Assembly (NCBI GenBank): GCA_963700155.1 | Contig: OY969472.1 | Span: 253,511 to 317,510 of the forward strand | Length of the DNA: 64,000 nucleotides | Direction of reading: 5' to 3' | From: an uncultured bacterium | GTDB lineage: Bacteria; Patescibacteriota; Dojkabacteria; J137 | Shown here: positions 44,950 through 53,696 of the stretch, piece after piece | How the letters are laid out: every line of letters begins with the position of its first letter | How positions within the stretch are numbered: the stretch's first letter is position 1 | Notes under the pieces: model-generated | Seen by the model: the letters and a program-made list of their open reading frames with translations, nothing else | Told to the model about the DNA's origin: nothing | Databases searched by the model: none | Made by a program: the position numbers and the translations under genes

Positions 44950-46266
44950 TTAATCTTTAATCTGTATACTTAATATCTGAGTCTTCTCATCATAAGTAGT
45001 CTGATCTAAAAGCTTAAAATTAGCTTTTTTATTCAATTCAATTCTATATATTGCTTTTCCTGTTGATGAATCAAAGCTATCTCTTGTCAATCCTGCAAAA
45101 TTAGCTCCTGCCATACTTATACCTGACTTACTTTCAATTTGTGAAGGTGTAAGCCCATCAGCTAAATTTGCACTCTTTAAGTTATCAATTTCAACAACAA
45201 TATAGTTAACTCCATCCTTTGTTTCTAAATATGCATTAGCATTAGGAACATAGTCATCCCCTAATTTTCCTTCTTCTGCCCAGCTGAATTCAAAAAAGCT
45301 ACCTTCATCCCAGACATAGTAATTATTCAATGTAATTGAATTCGTATTTAATGCACTGCTTACATATTGTTTACTTTGAGAGAAAGAATTTTCATAATGT
45401 GGTGCTGCTGGCTTAGATGTATCACTGCTCATTGAATCTGAGTTATCTGTTGTTGTATCTTCTGTAGTCGTATTAGTATCATTAGTTGTTGGAGTTTCAG
45501 CATTGGTTGATTGCTCAAGTGCTTTTTGTGTCTTAAAATCTATTACCAAATTATCACCATCAGAAACAACTCTATATTTAATATTATCTGCTAAGAAAAT
45601 AATATACTTTTTATTAACTTGATCAAACCTTATCTCATCTATTACTCCTCCTATTGTTAAATCTTTTTGAAGATTAGTATCAATATTTTTAATACCAACA
45701 AATTCCACAGTCAAGGTAGATTTTGAACTATCAAAAGAAAGATTAACTTTTGGTAATTTATTTTCAGTTGTACTTAGATCGAAAACTAATCTTGAGAATG
45801 TTTCGTAATCGGTATATTGAATTTTATCCAATTTTGCAACATTCATATTAACATCAGTTGAACCCAAACTTACAAGTGTAGAATCTACATAATCTTCATT
45901 ACTTCCAACATTTGAAGCTGAAGCATCAGGTAATCCTATTGTATTAATTATTAACGCTGGATTTGTTTCAATTACAGGTTCGCTAACTGGTGTTTGGCTA
46001 TTAGATTGTGGACTTTCAACCTGCTGATTTGAAATTAATTGTCTTACCAATAAAGCTAATCCAACACCAATAACTATAACAATTAACACATAAATAATAA
46101 TTCTAAGAGAATTATTTTCACCATCTCCTTCCTTCATTTCAGAAAATCTGGTCTTGTCCAGTTTATCAATATTAATTGTACTATTTGCTGCTGGTGGTTT
46201 CGGGTTTTGAATATTATTATTTAAAAGGGGAGAGCCCTCAATCTTATTACCTTCGGAAGGTGTCAT
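44950..46266 (-). CDS. Hypothetical membrane-anchored extracellular protein
   Basis: About 55 aa cytoplasmic N-terminus, TM (LRIIIYVLIVIVIGVGLALLV), then T/S/N-rich extracellular domain. Confidence 0.5.
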   Translation of the reverse strand: MTPSEGNKIEGSPLLNNNIQNPKPPAANSTINIDKLDKTRFSEMKEGDGENNSLRIIIYVLIVIVIGVGLALLVRQLISNQQVESPQSNSQTPVSEPVIETNPALIINTIGLPDASASNVGSNEDYVDSTLVSLGSTDVNMNVAKLDKIQYTDYETFSRLVFDLSTTENKLPKVNLSFDSSKSTLTVEFVGIKNIDTNLQKDLTIGGVIDEIRFDQVNKKYIIFLADNIKYRVVSDGDNLVIDFKTQKALEQSTNAETPTTNDTNTTTEDTTTDNSDSMSSDTSKPAAPHYENSFSQSKQYVSSALNTNSITLNNYYVWDEGSFFEFSWAEEGKLGDDYVPNANAYLETKDGVNYIVVEIDNLKSANLADGLTPSQIESKSGISMAGANFAGLTRDSFDSSTGKAIYRIELNKKANFKLLDQTTYDEKTQILSIQIKD

Positions 46267-46400
46267 TTTAGTTAACAGTAAAAAGTTAAATATTTATTAT
46301 CTAATTTGGCAATTGATTAGATAAATCGATCCGGTGCAAACGGACTTTTTTATAGTATATAGGATAAAAAATACAAGTGCAATACTATATAACGATAGAG

Positions 46401-47165
46401 TTAATTAATTAAACTTCCATCACTCATTTCATGAACTTTATCTATTTTAAGGTAGTCATATACTCTGTCATAATGAGTAATTATCACTATACTAGAAGTT
46501 TTTGAGAGGTTTTTGAAGGTCTTTAGACCTTCAAAAACCTCCTTTACTGAATTTTTATCAAGCCCTGAATCAATTTCATCTAAGAATATATATTTTGGAT
46601 TTAAAATCAGCATCTGTAATATTTCAGTTTTCTTCTTCTCGCCTCCAGAAAAACCCTCATTCAAATTTCTTTTTAAAAGATGAGTAGGGTAGTGGATAAT
46701 TTCAGCTTTCTCCTCTGCCAATTTTTTAAATTTGAAAACACTTAATTGTTCTTCTTTCGGTTTCCTTGAATTATAGATTAATCTTAAGAAGCTCATTAAG
46801 TTTACTCCCGGAATCTCTGTAGGATATTGGGTTGCTAAATAAAGTCCTGATAATGCTCTTTCAGTTGGATTCATTTCATTTAGATCTAGATCATATTTCT
46901 CTTTATTTTTGATTTTAGTAATTTTTTCACTATCTATTTTATTTAGAATATTTATGGGGAATCCTTCATCTCTAATTTTAATTGATCCTTCAGTAACTTT
47001 AAATGAAGGATTCCCCATCAAAGCATTAACAAGGGTGCTTTTCCCAGAACCGTTTTTACCATTTAACAAATGTATTTCTCCTTGATTTATATTCAATGAA
47101 ACACCATGGATAATTTCTTTTTTTTCTTCTGCCAAATTTACTTTTAAGTTTTTTATTTCGAGCAT
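46401..47165 (-). CDS. sufC: SufC-type ABC ATPase (Fe-S cluster assembly ATPase family)
   Basis: Walker A LNGKNGSGKSTLVNALMGNPSFKVTEGSI, Q-loop ALSGLYLATQYPTEIPGV, signature FSGGEKKKTEILQML, Walker B IFLDEIDSGLD, H-loop IITHYDRVYDYLKIDKVHEM. Closely parallels E. coli SufC. No sufB/sufD adjacent. Confidence 0.85.
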   Translation of the reverse strand: MLEIKNLKVNLAEEKKEIIHGVSLNINQGEIHLLNGKNGSGKSTLVNALMGNPSFKVTEGSIKIRDEGFPINILNKIDSEKITKIKNKEKYDLDLNEMNPTERALSGLYLATQYPTEIPGVNLMSFLRLIYNSRKPKEEQLSVFKFKKLAEEKAEIIHYPTHLLKRNLNEGFSGGEKKKTEILQMLILNPKYIFLDEIDSGLDKNSVKEVFEGLKTFKNLSKTSSIVIITHYDRVYDYLKIDKVHEMSDGSLIN

Positions 47166-47305
47166 CTGAGCAATTTTTTATATATCTATTAATCTTTTAC
47201 GATTTTGATTATACTATAGAAAATATTAAGAAATTTCTCTTTTTCTTTATTTTTGTTTTGTGTATACTGATAGTGAATTAGAAATTTTGAAGTTAAATTA
47301 CATTA

Positions 47306-47992
47306 ATGGATAATAGAAAAAAAGTAATAATAGTAGTATTAATAGTGCTGACCTTAATTTTAGGGGTTGGTAGCATAGTTATAAGTCAATTACTTCAGAA
47401 CAATCAAGCACCAAGTAATTCTAATGCCAGCGGATTTGGAACTGCTGTAGATAGGCAATATTTTGATGATTTTTATCAAGCATTTTTAACTAGGGGTTGT
47501 TTTGCTTTGCTTTCAGATTCAACTGTAAATGCATATGCACCTTCCGGATTCACAGAAGTTACAAAATATAAATACACTATTACCAATGAAGCACCTGAAG
47601 ATAAAAATCCCTTGAACTGTACAATAAAACTTAATGATGGTAGTAAAGAAATTGACCTTTCAGTTTATACTTACGATCAGAACTCGGGTATTGATCCAAC
47701 TGCTGATGCTTTATTCTCCAGAGTCAATGCTAATATTTCTTCTATCAGCGAAACATTAAATGCAACAAATATGCATTACTATTTTGGAACAGATGCTCAG
47801 GATTCAACATCTTGCAGACTAAATCTCTTTAATTCTAAAAATGATTTCGAATACATAACTCTGGTTTACAAAAATTTCAACAAATCATGCACAGATCTAA
47901 AAACAACAAATGATGAATTTGCATTTGTTTTGAGCACATCCGTTAAAGAATTAATTAATTCAATTACTAATCCAGTATCTTATACTCAATGA
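47306..47992 (+). CDS. Hypothetical membrane-anchored/secreted protein (overlaps next gene by 4 nt)
   Basis: N-terminal TM (VIIVVLIVLTLILGVGSIVI). Cys-containing soluble domain. Confidence 0.45.
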   Translation: MDNRKKVIIVVLIVLTLILGVGSIVISQLLQNNQAPSNSNASGFGTAVDRQYFDDFYQAFLTRGCFALLSDSTVNAYAPSGFTEVTKYKYTITNEAPEDKNPLNCTIKLNDGSKEIDLSVYTYDQNSGIDPTADALFSRVNANISSISETLNATNMHYYFGTDAQDSTSCRLNLFNSKNDFEYITLVYKNFNKSCTDLKTTNDEFAFVLSTSVKELINSITNPVSYTQ

Positions 47993-49905
47993 AACAAGGA
48001 ACAAGCAAAAAAATTCTCGTAATCTCGTTAGCCATTTTAATTACGCTATTACTAGGTGTGAGTATTTTTATTGCATATAAAATCCAAAATTCACAAGCTC
48101 CAACAAGTAGTAGTGCCAACAGTACTTGCGTCTGGGGATGGATAGGTGGAGGAGCTGGGTGTAATTTTTTTGGATGTCAAGATTACCTTAATGATCATCC
48201 TCAATGTACTTTCCAAGCAAATGATCCTGGGACAAATAATGGTCCAGGTTCTTCATGCGAACAGACAGGTAGTGCATTCGTAGGTAGTGGCTGTAGTGGG
48301 AAAACAATCTTAAAATATACAACAAGCTACAATGGAGGACAATCCAAGTGCCCCACATCAGAGAATCAGACGGTAATTGGAACTTGTGGTAGTAATGGAT
48401 GTACTCTTAATGTAAATCCTGCACCTGGAACTTGTGAGCAACAAGACGTTAATGGCGTAGGAGGAATCTGCAACTGCACCCCGCCAATTCAAACAACAAC
48501 AGTTCAGTGTAATGAAAGTTGCGACAGCACACATCTTTGTCCTACTGGATTGTCTTGTACTAGCGGATTATGCAGATTACCTGCTAACCCTACATCACCA
48601 ACTTGTCAGCCTACAGCTCCAGCAACACCTCAATGTAATGAAGCATGTAGCGATACTAATCCATGTGCTACAGGACTTTCATGTACCAATGGATTATGTA
48701 GATTACCTGCAAATCCTACATCAGAAACTTGTCAGCCAACACCACAATGTAATGAAACTTGTAGTAGTTCTAATCCTTGTGAATCAGGGTTAGAATGTAT
48801 AAACAATCTATGTAGATTACCTGACAACCCAACATCAGCAACATGCCAACCTGCTGAGGTATCATTACAATGTATATCTCTAAATGAAAATGGTTCAGAT
48901 CCATTAGCTGCAGGTACTGGAAGCTTTGTAGAATATAGCTTAACATATCAAAACCCAGCTTCAACTGATCCTTACACAAATATTAAGTTAAGAGTTGGAA
49001 CAGCTAGTAGCCCAGTAGGTAGAGATGCAAATAATACTTCAAGCAATATGGTTGCACCTTATAATGTTACTCATGATGCAGTTAATGATACATGGACATA
49101 CTTATTCAGATGGGAAGCCGCTTCCACATCAGGTATCGCAGTATCAGCTGGAACATACAATGTTAGAGTACTACTTGATGGAACAACAGCAACTGAGGTA
49201 TCAACACCATCTGGATGTACTGAAACTATTACAATATCTTCAACAGCTGTTGAGGAACCACTATTTACTATACTAAAAGAATCAGCTCCTGTTTGCGAAA
49301 CAAATGGCAATGCAACAGTAAATTATACAATTACCGTAACTAATATAGGTTCTGTTCCAGGAACAATAGATTTTGTGCAGGATACCTATGATTCTCAAGC
49401 TAATACTTTAGGAATATTACCAACAAATCTTGATCCTAGTTATGGTGTAGTTAATGCTGGAACAATTACTTGGACTGGAGACAATTCACAGCGAACATAT
49501 TCAGCTGGACAAGCTAAACAATTTAAATATACATTAACAGTTCCTGCAGCAAACTTAGATACCTTCAGTTCTACAGGATTGTTAAATCAAGCCGTAGTTC
49601 AATATGATACATCTACAACAAATAATAATACTGCTAGCTTTGACTTAAGAACTTTCTTAAGTTGTACTGTAACAATTCCAAATACAGGTATTCTTGATGA
49701 CTCAAGGTTTGTATTAGTTGGATTAATCTTTATAATACTTGGAATATTAGTATTCAAATTTGGGATAGGAGAGGATTTAAGTTTATTGGTAGTTAATAAA
49801 ACTTCAGGATTACTAAGTGAAAGAACAAAGAGCTTATTAAGAAAAGTTATGCCTTATGAAGAATCAATAATTGATGAGATGGAAAGAAAAAGAGAAGAGA
49901 AATAA
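47989..49905 (+). CDS. Cys-rich extracellular protein with three tandem ~38-aa Cys modules, DUF11/CARDB-like domain and C-terminal TM anchor
   Basis: Repeats QCNE[SAT]C..[TS]..C..GL.C...LCRLP.NPTS.TCQP three times. TITVTNIGSVPGTIDFVQDTYD resembles the DUF11 conserved-repeat domain. IPNTGILDDSRFVLVGLIFIILGILVF is a TM helix followed by a 50-aa charged tail. Confidence 0.55.
   Translation: MKQGTSKKILVISLAILITLLLGVSIFIAYKIQNSQAPTSSSANSTCVWGWIGGGAGCNFFGCQDYLNDHPQCTFQANDPGTNNGPGSSCEQTGSAFVGSGCSGKTILKYTTSYNGGQSKCPTSENQTVIGTCGSNGCTLNVNPAPGTCEQQDVNGVGGICNCTPPIQTTTVQCNESCDSTHLCPTGLSCTSGLCRLPANPTSPTCQPTAPATPQCNEACSDTNPCATGLSCTNGLCRLPANPTSETCQPTPQCNETCSSSNPCESGLECINNLCRLPDNPTSATCQPAEVSLQCISLNENGSDPLAAGTGSFVEYSLTYQNPASTDPYTNIKLRVGTASSPVGRDANNTSSNMVAPYNVTHDAVNDTWTYLFRWEAASTSGIAVSAGTYNVRVLLDGTTATEVSTPSGCTETITISSTAVEEPLFTILKESAPVCETNGNATVNYTITVTNIGSVPGTIDFVQDTYDSQANTLGILPTNLDPSYGVVNAGTITWTGDNSQRTYSAGQAKQFKYTLTVPAANLDTFSSTGLLNQAVVQYDTSTTNNNTASFDLRTFLSCTVTIPNTGILDDSRFVLVGLIFIILGILVFKFGIGEDLSLLVVNKTSGLLSERTKSLLRKVMPYEESIIDEMERKREEK
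48505..48853 (+). repeat. Three tandem DNA repeats (about 114-126 bp each) encoding the Cys-rich modules
   Basis: Units begin CAGTGTAATGAAAGTTGCG (48505), CAATGTAATGAAGCATGTAG (48631), CAATGTAATGAAACTTGTAG (48745). Each ends ...AGATTACCTG(C/A)(T/A)AA(C/T)CC(T/A)ACATCA...TGTCAGCC. Confidence 0.55.
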
Positions 49906-49907
49906 TT

Positions 49908-50390
49908 TCAAATCATCAATTTTAAAGCTCTTTCATTATCCCTAAGCCACCTTCTGTGTAACTTATATTCTGGTATTATACTTTCAACAATACTCCAGAA
50001 GTCTTTTGAATGATTCATTTCCTTTGTATGTGCTAATTCATGAACAATCACATAGTCAGAAATTGAGATAGGAGCAAGATAAAGTCTCCAATTAAAATTC
50101 AAATTTTTATAAGAAGAACAACTTCCCCAACGAGTTGACTGATCTTTTATTGCTATTCTATTGAATTCAAAATTATTAAGTAAAGCTATTTCTCGTGTTC
50201 TTTTAGTAATATTTAACTTAGACTGTTTTTTTAGCCATTCTAAAAGTACTTGCTGATGAGGCTTAATATTATTTTCTGCTGTAAATATATGAAGTTCATC
50301 ACCAATCATTAAAACATTTGGTTTAATAAATTTTTTCTTTGAAAAGATAATATTAAATTCTTCTCCTTGTATTAGTATTCTTGAAGTCAT
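49908..50390 (-). CDS. YgjP/DUF45-family putative zinc metallohydrolase
   Basis: TRWGSCSSYKNLNFNWRLYLAPISISDYVIVHELAHTKEMNHSKDFWSIV matches the DUF45 pattern (WGSCS...N...L...P...YVvvHELaH..e.NHs..FW). Confidence 0.7.
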   Translation of the reverse strand: MTSRILIQGEEFNIIFSKKKFIKPNVLMIGDELHIFTAENNIKPHQQVLLEWLKKQSKLNITKRTREIALLNNFEFNRIAIKDQSTRWGSCSSYKNLNFNWRLYLAPISISDYVIVHELAHTKEMNHSKDFWSIVESIIPEYKLHRRWLRDNERALKLMI

Positions 50391-50418
50391 TTAAGAATTT
50401 TACTACAAAGAATTATTT

Positions 50419-52323
50419 TTACAAAAACTTAACCAATTTGCTTAAAAGTTTAGCAATTTCAACTAATGATATTCCAGATGAAGCAAGATAAATTGGCCAT
50501 GGATAAATCTTACCTTCAGAGTCAATAGAGTGGTCTAAATAGTAAATCTTATCCCCTACATTTGGATAACTCGCAGGCTGAAAATTCACAGAATCCGATA
50601 ATTCTGATTCTCCTAAAATAGAGCCAGCAAGTAGAGTAGTGGTCTTTAAATTTTCAGCCTGTTTAGAATTTGGATCATTTTCTGAAATTGAAAAAATTTG
50701 AACATCAGAAGGGTAGCGGGGTATTATCGTAAAATAATCTCCGTCTTTAATTAATACTCCAGTAACCTCAACAATATCACCTTTAGTTTTTTCTTGAAGA
50801 GTAATTTTCGAATTTGAATTTATCTTTACTTTTATACTCCCACTATTGTATGAAAGATAAAAAGTTGTTCCATAATTTTTGCTTATATCTGATTTGAAAT
50901 ACACTAATGAACCTAAAGAACTTTCTAGATTGCCCATATCGCGGACATTTATAATACTAACTTCTTGATTTTTCTTAGTGATCTCTAAATCTGATGAATT
51001 GTTAACTTCAATATACACAGGTGAAGAGGAAGGAACCCTATAATAACCTACAACTTTAATTATGTCCCCAACATTAAGACTAAATGTTTCTTTATTCTCA
51101 AAGTTTAAAACTATTTTAATTCCACTAGATTGATCTTGAATAAAAAACGAATAATTACTTATCAATCCAATTTCAGAAATTACAATACCTTCTAAGCTAA
51201 CATAGCTATCTTTTTTTATCTTATCCTTGTCAGAAATTAACATACTTTTTGGTAAAGGAAAGTTATTTATACTTCCTGGAGTAGCGATAGAAGTAGTGGG
51301 AACAAAGTTCTTTGATTCGTCAAAATTGTAAATCTTTTGATAAGAATTATTTATAAACTTTCTAGATACTGATAAAGATGTTGCTGTGCTATCGTATTTG
51401 AAGTTATCCACAATCGTATCATTTGCGTCAAATAAGAAAATTGAGTCTCCAGAATTATTAAGAGAGAGTTTAAGATCATTTTCATAAATAACTAAATATG
51501 ATCCAGATGATAAAGTAGTAAAAGGTAGCATTGTTTTAGTTGTCCCAATTTCACCATTGCTGCTTCTCTCTTTTAAATACATTCCTGAGATATCTACAGT
51601 TGATATATCCTGATTATATATCTCAAGCCATTCAGTTTCATTTAAATTTTTATTTGGCGATGGGTACCCTTCTGATATAAGGATATTACTTTGTTTACCC
51701 ATCGCCGTCTCAGGAGGATTCTCAGGAACCTCGGGAAAATCAATTGGTGAATTATTTAATTCTGGCCAACAATTTGAATCTAAATTATAGTTTGATAACC
51801 CTATAGTATTTATATCTGTTATTTGAAGTTGACTACAAAACTCTGAACTTATCGGTCCTCTCCTCTCTAAACTTTTTCCTTCAGAAGTATCTTGATAATC
51901 TAATGAATCAATAATATCCCCATTATTGTTAGTAAGATAAATTTGAGCGTTTGAATTGTACATATTTAACTTACCTGCACCAACATTCACGCCAGCAATC
52001 CCCTGCTCTAAATCAAATTCAGAAATTACAAAATAACTCTGAGGCTGAATTATTACATCAGGTAATATTGTATTCCTTGGTGTTGATGTAGTCTTTGTCG
52101 AAATCTTCCAGTCTTTTAAATTAACTTGAACTGTTGAAAGATTATAAATCTCTACCCATTCTTTACCAGAATCTGATCCATCAGCATCTGGTAAAAATTC
52201 ATTTATAAAAACTGTAATTTCCTCTGCTCTAACCTTATTAATAATAAATATAGAAAAAGGAAAACAAATAATTATCTCTAATACTGCAATAAATAAAATT
52301 ATAAAGAAGTTCTTCATAGACAA
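50419..52323 (-). CDS. Large secreted protein with two lamin-tail-domain (LTD)-like modules
   Basis: Signal/TM anchor, then ITVFINEFLPDADGSDSGKEWVEIYNLSTVQVNLKDWKI and ILISEGYPSPNKNLNETEWLEIYNQDISTVDISGMYL (INEf...G.D..EWiEiyN....vdLsGw.L pattern). Confidence 0.55.
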   Translation of the reverse strand: MSMKNFFIILFIAVLEIIICFPFSIFIINKVRAEEITVFINEFLPDADGSDSGKEWVEIYNLSTVQVNLKDWKISTKTTSTPRNTILPDVIIQPQSYFVISEFDLEQGIAGVNVGAGKLNMYNSNAQIYLTNNNGDIIDSLDYQDTSEGKSLERRGPISSEFCSQLQITDINTIGLSNYNLDSNCWPELNNSPIDFPEVPENPPETAMGKQSNILISEGYPSPNKNLNETEWLEIYNQDISTVDISGMYLKERSSNGEIGTTKTMLPFTTLSSGSYLVIYENDLKLSLNNSGDSIFLFDANDTIVDNFKYDSTATSLSVSRKFINNSYQKIYNFDESKNFVPTTSIATPGSINNFPLPKSMLISDKDKIKKDSYVSLEGIVISEIGLISNYSFFIQDQSSGIKIVLNFENKETFSLNVGDIIKVVGYYRVPSSSPVYIEVNNSSDLEITKKNQEVSIINVRDMGNLESSLGSLVYFKSDISKNYGTTFYLSYNSGSIKVKINSNSKITLQEKTKGDIVEVTGVLIKDGDYFTIIPRYPSDVQIFSISENDPNSKQAENLKTTTLLAGSILGESELSDSVNFQPASYPNVGDKIYYLDHSIDSEGKIYPWPIYLASSGISLVEIAKLLSKLVKFL

Positions 52324-52415
52324 AATAAAATATATTTAAATTCTATGAAGAACTTCTAACAAAAAACTTACAAAATTAAAGATTTTTATTTATTTTGAGC
52401 TACCAAATTTGAAGT

Positions 52416-52452
52416 AAAAAGGAGGCTTTTTCTTCGAAAAAGCCTCCTTTAA
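52416..52452 (-). terminator. Rho-independent terminator (GGAGGCTTTTT-CTTCG-AAAAAGCCTCC, A/T tracts both sides)
   Basis: Perfect 11-bp stem. Located 18 nt past the stop of 52470..52850(-). T-run follows on the minus strand. Confidence 0.65.
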
Positions 52453-52469
52453 AATGTTTTATTTATTCC

Positions 52470-52850
52470 TTATTTTATTAATTGATCTGTAAAATCAGCA
52501 AGATAAGGCAATCTATATTTGTTTCCTTGTAATGCATTTACTAGTAGTACTAACCACAAGATAAATACGACTAAACCTAATAATGAAATGAAGAATGAAA
52601 TTACCCAACCTAAGAATGGAATCAACCCTACAACGAATGAAACAATAGAAACTGCAATACTTAAGATCAATAATCCTATACTCTGTTTTGCATAAAATTT
52701 GACTAAATCTCCAGCATCAGGCATTGCATAATAGATAATTAAACCTATCAATGGGATTGTTGCTACTGCTGCTAAAACTGTGTCATTTGAAGCACTTGGC
52801 ATAGATGATGTTGGTGCTGAGTCTGGCATTGGTGTAGTTGCATCTGACAT
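52470..52850 (-). CDS. Small integral membrane protein (hypothetical, DUF4870-like topology)
   Basis: Three hydrophobic helices after a Ser/Pro-rich N-terminus. Confidence 0.4.
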   Translation of the reverse strand: MSDATTPMPDSAPTSSMPSASNDTVLAAVATIPLIGLIIYYAMPDAGDLVKFYAKQSIGLLILSIAVSIVSFVVGLIPFLGWVISFFISLLGLVVFILWLVLLVNALQGNKYRLPYLADFTDQLIK

Positions 52851-52913
52851 ATTTAAATTAATAATAATAAATAATTAGCTATATGATAAAACTTTATCCC
52901 TTATAGTTCAATA

Positions 52914-53687
52914 CTAATCGATTAACGTTAGTATCTCTGGTTTACCTTTTCTCACAATAACCATATGTTCAAACATGGCTCCGATTGAACCATCAATTGT
53001 CTTTAATGTCCAAGCATCAGAGTCAAAACGAAGTTCCGCAGAACCTGTTGTAATCTGATTTTCAACACATAAAACCATCCCATCAATAAGTTGAGGACCG
53101 CTTCCTCGACGACCATAAGAAGTTACCTCTGGTGATTCATGCAAAGATTTCCCAATACCATGGCCACAATAAGTAGTTACAAATTCGAAGCCTGAGAGCT
53201 CTGCAACACTTTGCAAAGCAAAAGAGATATCTCCAACAGTATTACCCACAATAGCTTCTTTCACAGCAGTATCAACACATAATTTCGCAGTATTAATTAA
53301 TTGCTCAAGTCGTTGAGGAAGCGGTCCAAGACTAACTGTAACACAATGATCTGTATAAAACCCTTTGTAGATAATTCCAAAATCTAGCTTAATTACATCT
53401 CCTTTTTTAAAAATTTTATCTGGATGTGGGATTCCATGAAGGACTTCATCATTTACACAAACACACATTGAATTTGGATAAGGATATTTTATTCCTTCTA
53501 CTCCTTTAAATGCAGGTTTTACATTATTTTCTTTGCATAATTTTGCAGCAAGATCGTCAATATCTTTTGCACTTACTCCTTCTTTTACAGCATCTCTTAA
53601 TTGCTTTAAAATTTGGGCTGAAAGTTTACCGGCTTCTCGTAAAGTCTTTATATCATTGGGATCTGTAAATACATTCCTAAATTTCAA
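52914..53687 (-). CDS. map: Methionine aminopeptidase type I
   Basis: Pita-bread fold metal ligands: CVCVNDEVLHGIP (His), D...D pair in FGIIYKGFYTDHCVT, HGIGKSLHE, EPM-like MVLCVENQ, MFEHMVIV. Confidence 0.9.
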   Translation of the reverse strand: MKFRNVFTDPNDIKTLREAGKLSAQILKQLRDAVKEGVSAKDIDDLAAKLCKENNVKPAFKGVEGIKYPYPNSMCVCVNDEVLHGIPHPDKIFKKGDVIKLDFGIIYKGFYTDHCVTVSLGPLPQRLEQLINTAKLCVDTAVKEAIVGNTVGDISFALQSVAELSGFEFVTTYCGHGIGKSLHESPEVTSYGRRGSGPQLIDGMVLCVENQITTGSAELRFDSDAWTLKTIDGSIGAMFEHMVIVRKGKPEILTLID

Positions 53688-53696
53688 GAGTATAAA

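Noticed and set aside
46270-46400. Possible terminator CCGGTGCAAACGG + T-run between 44950..46266 and sufC
   Set aside because: The stem is only 3-4 bp. The T-run is on the strand with no upstream gene, so it is not convincing.
48512-49310. ORFs 48512..48793(+), 48770..48979(-), 49025..49276(+), 49071..49310(-)
   Set aside because: They are alternative-frame or antisense readings of the tandem-repeat and beta-domain region of the Cys-rich protein gene. The main frame has coherent domain architecture.
47989-49905. IPNTG near the C-terminus as a sortase LPXTG sorting signal
   Set aside because: The motif is followed by a TM helix but then a 50-aa charged tail rather than a short basic stop-transfer. 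No sortase is evident in the window. The sequence is more consistent with a simple C-terminal TM anchor.
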